A DNA stretch of 64,000 nt. Origin: Deferrisomatales bacterium (GTDB lineage Bacteria > Desulfobacterota > Deferrisomatia > Deferrisomatales > JACRMM01). The notes below the pieces were generated by a model. The model was not told where the DNA came from and did not search any database. It was given only the letters and a program-made list of their open reading frames with translations. This document shows positions 38,141-47,246 of the stretch, in pieces; position 1 is the first letter of the stretch, and every line of letters starts with the position of its first letter. The stretch is taken from positions 1 through 64,000 of the forward strand of contig JAWSUI010000015.1 in the NCBI GenBank assembly GCA_033551855.1, given 5' to 3'. Both the position numbers and the translations under genes were made by a program.

Positions 38141-39007
38141 GTGCCCACAGCCGACGCCATCACGAACGCCCACGTCGCGGACCGCCTCCGGGAGGCGGCG
38201 GATCTCCTGGCGCAGCAGGGCGCCAACCCCTACCGGGTGGGTGCCTACCGCCGGGCGGCCGAGACCGTGTCCCGCCTCGACCGGGGCCTGGAAGAGCTCT
38301 TGGAGAGCGGCGGCGTGGAGGGCCTCGTCGCCCTACCCGGCATCGGCCAGGGCATCGCCGGCGCCATCCGCGAGCTCCTGACCACGGGTCGCTGGGGTCA
38401 GCTCGAACGCCTGCGGGGCGCCTCCGGGCCGGAGGAGATCTTTCAGGGCGTCCCCGGGCTCGGCCCCAGGCTCGCCCGGCGACTCCACGAAGCACTCCAC
38501 GTGGAGACTCTGGAGGGCCTGGAGGCGGCGGCCTTCGATGGTCGCCTCGAGACCGTGCGGGGGATCGGTCCCCGCCGCGCGGCCGCCTTGCGGGCCACCC
38601 TCGAGCGCATGCTGGGCCGGCGCACCCCGCGCACGCGCCCCGAGGTCGAGGGGCCCCCCGTCGCCCTCCTCCTGGACGTGGACCGCGAGTACCGGGAGCG
38701 GGCCGCCGCGGAAGAGCTCCCCACGATCGCCCCCCGACGCCTGAACCCGGCGGGCGAAGCCTGGCTCCCCATCCTCCACACCCAGCGGGAGAACTGGCAT
38801 TTCACGGCGCTTTTCTCCAACACGGCCAGGGCCCACGAGCTCGGAACGACCCGCGACTGGGTCGTGCTCTACTTCCATCAGGGCGACGGCGAGGAGGGCC
38901 AGCACACCGTGGTCACCGAGACCCGGGGCCCGTTGGTCGGCCGGCGCGTCGTGCGCGGCCGAGAGCGCGAGTGCCGCAGCCACTACGAGGCGGCGCGGAC
39001 CCCTTGA
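38141..39007 (+). CDS. Helix-hairpin-helix DNA-binding protein with PolX-like N-terminus
   Basis: ANPYRVGAYRRAA, LPGIG, VPGLGP, VRGIGP HhH repeats; no nucleotidyltransferase or PHP domain recognised. Confidence 0.8.
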   Translation: MPTADAITNAHVADRLREAADLLAQQGANPYRVGAYRRAAETVSRLDRGLEELLESGGVEGLVALPGIGQGIAGAIRELLTTGRWGQLERLRGASGPEEIFQGVPGLGPRLARRLHEALHVETLEGLEAAAFDGRLETVRGIGPRRAAALRATLERMLGRRTPRTRPEVEGPPVALLLDVDREYRERAAAEELPTIAPRRLNPAGEAWLPILHTQRENWHFTALFSNTARAHELGTTRDWVVLYFHQGDGEEGQHTVVTETRGPLVGRRVVRGRERECRSHYEAARTP

Positions 39008-39112
39008 CGTCCGTGCTCGGCCGGGTGCCGTTTCGAGCGACGGGGAAGAGAGGATCCTTTCGTCCCCCCTCCCTGCGGCGAAGCAGAGGCCGGGGCGCTC
39101 TCGACACCGGCA

Positions 39113-39583
39113 TCACCGGAAAGGCGCCGGCCCAGGCTGCACCTGGACCGGCGACTGGGTTTCCCCGGCGCCGGAGATGCCGGCGTACTTGCCGGTGCCG
39201 CCCGAGATCTCCAACGTCGTCTTGGGGCCCGCGGCTTGGAACCTTGCGAAGACCCTGTCCCCGTCTGCGTCCATGAACTGGCACCGATGGGTGCCGGACG
39301 GCGTCCCGCCCTTGATCTCGCCCAACCCGACGCAGTGAACGGAGGTCATGTCCAGAAACGAGCCCGGCGTCTCGGCACGTACGGGACCGGTCAGCTCGAA
39401 GCTGAAGGCGAGGTCGGTCTTCGACTCGACGAGGGTGGCAGAGTTCCCGACGAAACAGTAGGTGGCGCTGAAGTCGCCCTCCCGCGCGAGCTCGGCGGCC
39501 GGGGCAGCTCCAGCCCAGAAGGCCGCCGCAGCGAGCGCGAGCGCGTGGACCGCAGGGAATGACCGGATGCGCGTTGGGATCAT
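39113..39583 (-). CDS. Secreted hypothetical protein (C-terminus possibly truncated)
   Basis: Signal peptide; DADGDRVF and GGTGKYAGISG motifs; GAGGAG RBS. Confidence 0.65.
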   Translation of the reverse strand: MIPTRIRSFPAVHALALAAAAFWAGAAPAAELAREGDFSATYCFVGNSATLVESKTDLAFSFELTGPVRAETPGSFLDMTSVHCVGLGEIKGGTPSGTHRCQFMDADGDRVFARFQAAGPKTTLEISGGTGKYAGISGAGETQSPVQVQPGPAPFR

Positions 39584-39717
39584 GTCGTCCTCCTCTCGTG
39601 TGTGCCCGGAGCCTCGCGCCCGACCCGTTCGGGAGCTTGTCAGACACATCCGATAGGGTATCCTCGGGTCGCCGACCTGACGGTTCGAACCGTCAGATTT
39701 TCGCGGGGGAGAAGCCC

Positions 39718-41703
39718 ATGGCCGCGGAGTCCGCCCAGCCGATCCGGATCGACCTCTCCAGCGACAAGCTGCACGCCTGCCTGAGACCAGGCCACAGCGT
39801 CACCTTCCACTTCAACACCCCCTCGCGCCGCTTCTACCTGGCCCTGATCGCGTTCCTGGTGATCTGCATGAAGCGGGCGGGGAAGATCGCCTGGGTGCCC
39901 CTGCAGGAGCACCTGGACGTTCTCGCGCTGCTGAACGAAACCGTGGGAGGGTCGGCCGGCTCGTCGGACGCGGCAAGCCTGCTGGGCCGGATCTACAGGA
40001 AATGGAAGGGTGCCCTGCCCGATCTCCAGAACGCGCCGCTGTTCCGGGTCCTCGGCAGAGCGAGGGGCACCGAGGCGGAGCGCGGCGCGCCCCCCTCTTT
40101 CGCCGAGCGCGAGCGCGACCTCTGGGCCAACCTCTTCGACTACACGGGCAGCGAGGAAAACGTCAGGCTGCGGTTCTCCCTGGACCGGATCGGGCTGGGA
40201 CTCGACGACGTGTTGGTCACCTGGGGGGGCCTTCGCGATCTCGAGGCGTGGGACCGCTTCGTGTCCAGCCTGCAGCGGCCCCGCCTCGAGGGAGCGGAGC
40301 TCGCCGCGCCGACGGGGCCGCGGTCTTCGCAACCGGCGACTGATCCTGTGCGCGAGGTCCCTCCCAACCGGGAGAGCTCCCGTGCGCGACGGCTGGCCCT
40401 GTGCGCCCTCGCCCTGCTCCTGGCCGGGGGCGCCGCCCTGACGGCCTGGAAGATGCGGGGCGCGTCCCCCTCCGGAGAAGCCCCGGTGGCAGCCCGCGCC
40501 CCGGCCGCCACGGACAAACCGGCCCTCGCGGTGCTTCCCTTCGAAAACATGAGCGGCGACCAGGACCGGGAGTACTTCAGCGACGGCCTCACGGAAGACC
40601 TCATCACCGCCCTCGCGAAGCTCCCCGACATCCTCGTGATCTCACGGAGCTCCAGCTTCACCTACAAGGGCTCTCCCGTGAAGGTCCAGAAGGTCGCCGA
40701 GGATCTGGGCGTGCGGTACGTGCTCGAAGGCAGCGTGCAGGCGGCCGGCGATCGGGTGCGCATCACGGCGCAGCTGATCGACGCCGAGAGTGGGCATCAC
40801 CTCTGGTCGGAGCGCTACGACCGGGAGCTCAAGGACATCTTCGCCGTACAGGACGACATTACCTTCGAGATCACAAAGATCCTCTCGATCAGACTGTCGG
40901 GGACCGGAGAGGGATCGCACCTGTTCGCGAAGGGCACCGACAACCTGGAGGCGTATCTCAAGCTCCTGCGGGGCAAGAGCCTGATGGGGCAGTTCAGCGG
41001 GGACGCCAACCTGCAGGCCCGGCAGCTCGCCGAAGAGGTGATCGGGCTCGATCCCCGGTACCCGAGCGCCTACTACCTCCTCGCCACGACCACCATGATG
41101 GAGGTGTGGCTGGGGGTCAGCAGATCGCCCAGGGAGTCCATGATGAAGGCCATCGAGGCGGCGCAGACAACGGTCTCCCTCGACGACGGCCACGCCGCGG
41201 CCTGGGCGCTGCTCGGGTTCCTGTACGCCCAGGTCGGCCAGCACGAAAAAGGGCTTCAAGCGGGCGAGCTGGCGGTCGAGAAGGCCCCGAGCTCCGCGGA
41301 AGCCCACTCCTTCTTGGCGCAGATCCTGAACTTCTCGGGGAGGCCCGAGGAGGCCGTCGCTCACAACGACAAGGCCTTCCGCCTCACCCCGCTGGGCCGA
41401 CCCGGCCCCATCTATCTGCACGCGGCCCACACCTATCGCCTCCTGGGCCGCTACGGGGACGCCATCGAAGTGTCCAAGGAGCTCCTCGCTCGCACGCCCA
41501 ACAGCGTTCCGGCCCGCGTGCAGGTCGTGCTCGCCTATCAGGGCTGGAGGCGGCCGGAGGAAGCGCGCTCGGCGGCCCAGGAGGTCCTCCGGTACGATCC
41601 CGGGTTCTCGGCCCGGCGCTACGCGAACGCACTGAAGTACAAGGATCCGACGCTTTCCGCCGATGCACTGGAACAAATGCTGGCGGCGGGCCTGCCGGAG
41701 TGA
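39718..41703 (+). CDS. Membrane-anchored TolB-like/TPR signalling protein with unrecognised N-terminal domain
   Basis: TM segment, then AVLPFENMSGD..YFSDGLTED..VRYVLEGSV..LWSERYDR, then TPR repeats. Confidence 0.85.
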   Translation: MAAESAQPIRIDLSSDKLHACLRPGHSVTFHFNTPSRRFYLALIAFLVICMKRAGKIAWVPLQEHLDVLALLNETVGGSAGSSDAASLLGRIYRKWKGALPDLQNAPLFRVLGRARGTEAERGAPPSFAERERDLWANLFDYTGSEENVRLRFSLDRIGLGLDDVLVTWGGLRDLEAWDRFVSSLQRPRLEGAELAAPTGPRSSQPATDPVREVPPNRESSRARRLALCALALLLAGGAALTAWKMRGASPSGEAPVAARAPAATDKPALAVLPFENMSGDQDREYFSDGLTEDLITALAKLPDILVISRSSSFTYKGSPVKVQKVAEDLGVRYVLEGSVQAAGDRVRITAQLIDAESGHHLWSERYDRELKDIFAVQDDITFEITKILSIRLSGTGEGSHLFAKGTDNLEAYLKLLRGKSLMGQFSGDANLQARQLAEEVIGLDPRYPSAYYLLATTTMMEVWLGVSRSPRESMMKAIEAAQTTVSLDDGHAAAWALLGFLYAQVGQHEKGLQAGELAVEKAPSSAEAHSFLAQILNFSGRPEEAVAHNDKAFRLTPLGRPGPIYLHAAHTYRLLGRYGDAIEVSKELLARTPNSVPARVQVVLAYQGWRRPEEARSAAQEVLRYDPGFSARRYANALKYKDPTLSADALEQMLAAGLPE

Positions 41704-41762
41704 GTTGCCCACGACCTCCGGTCACCCCGAGCAACGAGACGCCCACCGGTCGCCGCTCGACG

Positions 41763-41798
41763 CCCTCACCCCAGGCCCCTCTCCCGGGGGGAGAGGGG
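41763..41798. repeat. REP-like palindromic element
   Basis: CCCTCACCCCAGG-CCCCTCTCCC-GG-GGGGAGAGGGG; same architecture as the units inside the MITE at 44114. Confidence 0.6.
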
Positions 41799-42014
41799 AT
41801 TCAAGGAATGGGGGTTTCTTTATAGGGAACCGGCAATGCCGGCGACCCGGAACGCCGTCGGGTCCTGGGAAGGCGCGGCGCCACCCCTCCCGCGTTCCGA
41901 TCGCCGACGGGTCGTCGAACAGCCCCGCTTCCTCGCACGCGAACGTCAGGGCCGCGAAGGCCACCCACCGCGGGTTCCACTTTCCGGAATCCCGGGCCGG
42001 GACGCCGACCCTCG

Positions 42015-43034
42015 TCAGGCCGCCCCTTGCGCTAGCGCGTACTGCCCGAGCGCGGTGGCGAGCGCGCACTCGACCTCCTCGCGCAGGTCCTCCGGGGCCA
42101 GGACCTCGGCGTTCGCCCCGAAGCCCAGGACCCACGAGACGACCTCCGTGGGGCTCGTCGCGGTGAACCCCAACTCCACGCAGCCGGCCCCCGGTTCGGA
42201 GAACGTCTGGTCGGCGCTCCAGACCCGCTCCTTCGCGAACCCCGCGGCCCACCCCCGCAAGCGCACCCGCACCCGGAAGGGCTCCCCCGAGACCACGCCG
42301 AAGAACGGCGCGCCTTCCCCCTCGCCCTCCTCCGGAGGGAAGGTGCGCTTGGTCGGCTCCAGGTCCTCGATGCGGTGCACCGCGAGGAGCATGTCGTCGT
42401 GGTCCGGATTGCCCTCCCCGTCCTCCGAGACGTAGGAGCAGCGCACGTAGAGGGTGTCCCGATAGGACACGAGCCGCCTGGGGGCCACCGCGTAGGTCGC
42501 GGGCCCGTCACGGGCGGGGGAGCGGTAGGTCACCCGGCAGACGCGGTGCTCCGCGAGGGCGAAGAGCAGGCTCTCCAGGATCTCCTGCCGGGGGGAGTAG
42601 TCGATGGAGCCGCGCGCCCGCACGAGGCCCCCGAGGGCGTGGGCCGCCTCGGCTTGGCCCATCCGGGGAAGGAGCGTCGCGGCGGTTGCGATCGCCTCGG
42701 AGACGTCGTGGCGCAGCCCCTCGGGAAGGAGGTGCGCCGAGAGGTCCCGGCACAGCGTGAGGTTCTGGAGGTCGGTCGGCGAGAGGGTCAGGCGGGGGCG
42801 CTGCTCGAGGGGCACGGCCTGGAACCACTTCCGGCCCCCCTCGAACCAAGTGTGGACGACGCCGGCGCCGCTGGCGTTGATCTGGTCCGCCATCGCCGAC
42901 ACGGTCTGCTTGGAGCAGTCGAGCTCCTGGGCGAGCTGGGGGAGCGAGTACTTGCGGCCCGTGAAGAAGAGGAGCCGGAAGAGCCGCAAAATCCGCTCGG
43001 ACCGCGTCGTGTCCGCGTCGTGCTTCTTCGCCAT
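42015..43034 (-). CDS. HTH-WYL-WCX transcriptional regulator
   Basis: N-terminal HTH (LAQELDCSKQTV), VTYRSP, TLYV, AVHRI, WVLGFGANAEVLAPEDLR. Confidence 0.9.
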   Translation of the reverse strand: MAKKHDADTTRSERILRLFRLLFFTGRKYSLPQLAQELDCSKQTVSAMADQINASGAGVVHTWFEGGRKWFQAVPLEQRPRLTLSPTDLQNLTLCRDLSAHLLPEGLRHDVSEAIATAATLLPRMGQAEAAHALGGLVRARGSIDYSPRQEILESLLFALAEHRVCRVTYRSPARDGPATYAVAPRRLVSYRDTLYVRCSYVSEDGEGNPDHDDMLLAVHRIEDLEPTKRTFPPEEGEGEGAPFFGVVSGEPFRVRVRLRGWAAGFAKERVWSADQTFSEPGAGCVELGFTATSPTEVVSWVLGFGANAEVLAPEDLREEVECALATALGQYALAQGAA

Positions 43035-43163
43035 GGCACCGTCCCGCACCGAGGGCATTCCGGAAAATAGAACGCCACCGGCCCATCTTCGACCGAGAGG
43101 AACGCAACCTTGAGGAGCCCGAGCCCCGCCGGCCCCGCGGTTGGAGTTGGGAGACCGGTGGAC

Positions 43164-43335
43164 GGTAGATTCACATCAGAAGTGCACCACGGGAGAGGGG
43201 GCAGAGAGGAGGACATGGTGAGCGTCCGGTAGCGTCAGGTTCGCGCCAACCAACCCTCGCTCCAGGGGGTGCTCACCATGTCCTACCACCACCTTACACC
43301 GGAGGAACGCTGCGTCATCGCCCACCGTGAGCAGG
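43164..43335 (+). mobile_element. IS30-family left end with transposase N-terminal stub
   Basis: IR-like GGTAGATTCACATCAGAAGTGCACC, then MSYHHLTPEERCVIAH from 43278, after which similarity stops. Confidence 0.7.
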
Positions 43336-43427
43336 GGAGCCGCCACGAATCGTCTCTCCTCCATCCTCATCACCACTCTCGGCCAGGGGGGCGGCCACGT
43401 TCGGCGCGTGCCGACGACGGCGGCCTC

Positions 43428-44533
43428 TCAGGGCCGGAGCTCGGCCAAGAGCTCCTCGATCGTCTCGTCGCCCACGGCCGGCAGCTCGGCCAGGGGGCCG
43501 GCGGCGATCTTCTCGCGGAAGCGCCCGCCGAAGACGGGTCTCGGGTCGGAGCGTAAGAGCACGCCGATGGGCAGGCGGTCCTCGCCCCACTCCCGGGTCT
43601 TGGCCAGGGCAGCCTGGGAATCGGCGGGGTCGTAGTCCCCCCCCCAGCTCGTAGACCCGCTCCTTGTACCAGCTGACCGAGTGGGGGCCCCAGGTGATGC
43701 AGGGCTGGATCACGTCCACCACCGAGAGGCCGGGGTGCCGGATGGCCCCCACCAGGAGGTCTGCGAGGTGTTCGGTCTCGGCGGCGAAGCCGCGGGCCAC
43801 GAAGGTGCACCCCTGGACGATGGCGATGCCGAGCGGGTTCAGGGGCTCGAGATCCATCCCCTCGAACTGGATGCTCCGGGGCTCCCCCAGGGGAGTGGTG
43901 GGGGAGCCCTGCCCCTTGGTGAGGGCGTAGATCCGGTTGTCGTGGACCACCACCGTGAGGTTGGGGTTTCGGCGCAGCGCGTGCAGGTAGTGGTTTCCCC
44001 CCTCCCCGTAGCAGTCCCCTTCCCCCGTCACCACCACGGTGGTGAGCTCCGGGTTGGTCACGGCGATGGCGGTGGCCGCCGGCAGGGCCCGGCCGTGGAG
44101 GCCGTTGAAGAAGGGCTCTGTTCCGATCTGTGTGGGCTGACAGGAGTAAGCGGCATCCGCCCCCTCGTGCTCCTCCCCCTTCAAGGGGGAGGTTGGGAGG
44201 GGGATGGGGTGCAGCCCCGGCGCTGGCCGGACGACAACCCATCCCCACCCTCGCCCTCTCCTTGAAGGGGAGGGAAGTTGGATCTCGTTCGAGCGGTGTA
44301 CGAGGGCGCGGGAGACGGGCCCCACACGATCCGAAACAGAACCTGAAGAAGTTGCTCTTCACATAGTGGGGAAGCTTGGCCGCCTGCCCGATGCCGGAGA
44401 CCAGACACACCCGGTGGGGCTCCAGCTCCAGGCGGGCCAGGGCGGCCCGGAACGCCTTGAGGATGGAGAAGTTCGGGCACCCGGGGCACCACTGGATCTC
44501 GGCTTCGGTCCGGAACCGCCCGTCATCGGACAT
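43428..44533 (-). pseudogene. 2-oxoacid:ferredoxin oxidoreductase beta subunit, interrupted by a MITE and a poly-G frameshift
   Basis: WCPGCP, SGIGQ, NGLHGR, GEGDCYGEG, NRIYALTKGQ; insertion at 44114-44343 and G9 run at 43637-43645. Confidence 0.88.
44114..44343. mobile_element. 230-bp MITE with imperfect TIRs and 8-bp target duplication
   Basis: TGAAGAAG at 44106-44113 and 44344-44351; ends GGCTCTGTTCCGATCTGTGTGGG / revcomp GGTTCTGTTTCGGATCGTGTGGG. Confidence 0.88.
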
Positions 44534-46201
44534 CGACCTGCCTCCGTATGCTCGCGCCGGTGAGGGGGAGCCCGTCGTAGCGAAGAACCTCTCCCCGGAG
44601 CCCCACCCCGTATTCGGAGCGCAGGAGGCGCGCCAGCTGGCCCGTGGCGTTGCTCTCCACGACCCAGTACCGCTTCCCCTCCGGGAACCGGTAGTCCGGA
44701 AGGGGCCACAGCTCGGTAAAGTGGATCCGGCCGGCCTCGACGCCGTCCTTTCGGAGGAGCTCCACCGCCTCCCGGATCGCCCCGCCCCCCGGGAGGAGCC
44801 CCACCCCACCAGGACGTGCGCCGCCTCGTCCACGCCCTCCTCCTCCGGGGGCTTCATCGCCCGTCGTAGAGCCCGGAGCTTGGCCAGGCGCTTTTCCATC
44901 ATGGGCACCGCGGTGCCCGCAAGGTCCTCGGCAATGTGCCCGTGCTCGTCGTGCTCGTCGCTGTCCGCCGCCACCAGGTGCTCGCTCTGCCCCGGGTAGA
45001 GGCGGGGGGAGACCCCGTCCTCCGTGAGCCGGTAGCGGCGGTACTCGTCGATCTCTTCGGGGTCCGCGAGATGGGTCTCGGGGGCGGACCGGCCGAGCTC
45101 GAAGTCTTCCACGGAGAACAGGGACTCGGCGAGGAACTGATCGGTGAGCACGATCACCGGCACTTGATACCGGTCGGCGAGGTCGAAGGCCCGCACCGCC
45201 TGATGGAAGGCATCCACCGGGTCGGACGGAGCCAGGACCGCCTTGGGGAAGTCCCCGTGGCCGGCGTGGACGGCGAAGAGCAGATCGGCCTGAGCCGTCC
45301 GGGTGGGCAGGCCGGTGGCCGGGCCGGGCCGCTGCGCCAGCACGATCACCACAGGGGTCTCGGTCATGCCGGCCAGGCTCAGCCCTTCCGCCATGAGGGC
45401 GAAGCCCCCCCCCGAGGTGGCGGTCATGGACCGGGCCCCCGCGTAACCGGCCCCGACTGCCATGTTGATGGCGGCGATCTCGTCCTCGGCCTGCTCCACG
45501 AAGACCCCGGGGCGCTCTTGCTCCTTGGCGAGGAACGTGAGGATGCCGGTGGACGGGCTCATCGGATAGGCGCTCAGGAACCGACACCCGGCGCGCACCG
45601 CGCCCAGGGCCAGGGCCTTGTGGCCGTCCGCCAGGTGGTAGCGGCCCCCGCTTCCGGTGAGCTTCCACGGGCAGCGATCGCCGCAGCGCTCGGCAGCCTC
45701 CCTGTATCCCGCCTCCGCGGCCTTCCGGTTGCCCTTCAGCACCTCCTCCCCCTTGGCCCCGAACCGCTTCTCCAGAACTCTCTCCAAGGGATCCAACTCC
45801 ATGCCCAGGGCCGCCATCAAGGCGCCCACCGCCACCGTGTTGGCGTAGAGCTTCTTGCCCGCCTCCTCGTCGGCGAGCTGCGCGAAGGGGATACCGATCC
45901 CCCCGTCGGTTTCCTCTTCCGAGGAGATCAGGAGGCCGCCCTCGGCGAGCAGCGGCCGGTACTTCCTGGCGGCGCCCTCGTTGAGGGCGAGGAGGATGTG
46001 GGCCCCCTCCAGAGCCGCGTTCCGGGGTGCCTCCCCGATCCGGAGGGAGAAGCGGCTGTGGCCTCCCCGGATCCGCGACTCGTACTCCTGCCAGGCGAAG
46101 ACCGCATACCCGTGCGCGCTCACGGTCTCCGCGAGCACGCCGCCGATCACCTGGATGCCCTCACCGGCCGCGCCGGTCACTACGACGTTGAGGTCGTCCA
46201 C
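44523..46201 (-). pseudogene. 2-oxoacid:ferredoxin oxidoreductase alpha subunit, frameshifted near the C-terminus
   Basis: GAAGEG, ESRIRGGH, YPMSPST, QAEDEIAA, TATSGGGF, QRPGPATGLPT; 5-bp duplication near 44778-44790 shifts GWGSSRGA|IREA. Confidence 0.88.
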
Positions 46202-46585
46202 TGAGCTCCTCCGCCCGCTGTCCGCGGCCCCGGCCCCCGGCGGCCTTCGCCGCGCGCTCGCCGTCCGGCGCCCCTCCACCGTCATCCCTCCTCGCTTCCG
46301 GCTGCCGCCGGCCTTCCCTCTCCATCGTTGGCCAGGAAGCGCGACCGGTCAAGGCCTCGGGCGCCCTCCGAGCGGATCGGATAAAACCTTTACCCGTTCG
46401 GTCCGACGCCGGGCTCCGACGCCGCAAGACTCGCGGCGCGAGCCGAATCGGCGGTGCCCCCGCCTTGCGCTCGAAGCAGTGTCTGTTATCCAAGAGATCG
46501 AGAAATCCCGAGGCGGGCACCCCCCCGGGGCGAGCTACCCGCGACGGCTCCCCGCCGCGGTGCCCCTGGCAGAGGAGCTGCAGAC

Positions 46586-47110
46586 ATGACACAGCTCGTG
46601 GAGCGGATGCTCCGGGCGGCGAAGCTCGACCCTTCACTCTATGAGGAGGTGGAGGCCGACCCCGCCGCCCTGGGTCAGGCACTGGGGGTGGTGGTCCTCT
46701 CCAGCGTGGCAGGGGGCCTCGGAGCGCCGGGGGTAGGGGGGGCCGCGCTCGTGGCGCTGGGGACGGTCTCCGCCCTCCTCAGCTGGTTCATCTGGGCATA
46801 CCTGACCTACTTGATCGGTGTGAAGGTCATGCCCGAGCCCCAGACCCGCTCGAGCCCGGGGGAGCTCCTGAGGACCATCGGGTTCTCCAGCGCCCCGGGC
46901 CTCGTGCGGATCCTGGGTCTGATCCGGCCGCTGGCCTGGATCGTCTTCGCCGTGGCCACGGTGTGGATGCTCGCCGCCATGGTGGTCGCCGTGCGGCAGG
47001 CCCTCGACTACCGGAGCACGGGCCGTGCGGTCGGGGTGTGCGTCATCGCCTGGGCCATCCAGGCGGTGGTCCTGGCGCTCATGCTGACGGTCTTCGGAGG
47101 CGCCCCGTGA
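46586..47110 (+). CDS. Yip1-domain membrane protein
   Basis: YEEVEAD..QAL.VV, LLRTIGFSSAPG, AVRQALDY; about five TM segments. Confidence 0.8.
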   Translation: MTQLVERMLRAAKLDPSLYEEVEADPAALGQALGVVVLSSVAGGLGAPGVGGAALVALGTVSALLSWFIWAYLTYLIGVKVMPEPQTRSSPGELLRTIGFSSAPGLVRILGLIRPLAWIVFAVATVWMLAAMVVAVRQALDYRSTGRAVGVCVIAWAIQAVVLALMLTVFGGAP

Positions 47111-47246
47111 GCCGTGGGAACCTCCGGCACCCGGAGCGGGCCCCGGAGAGCGGAAGGCGGGCAGGTGGGAACAGCGCCCGTGGGTCCTCCCGGGTCCGGA
47201 ACCGTGCCCGCAGGACCCGGAGACCGCGCAGACGCGGAGGGAACGG

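Noticed and set aside
39113..39115. TGA followed by Cys codons as a possible selenocysteine read-through
   Set aside because: No recognisable SECIS or redox motif; truncation is the simpler explanation
43370..46285. 971-aa apparent alpha-beta fusion oxidoreductase
   Set aside because: Artefact of the frameshift and MITE read-through
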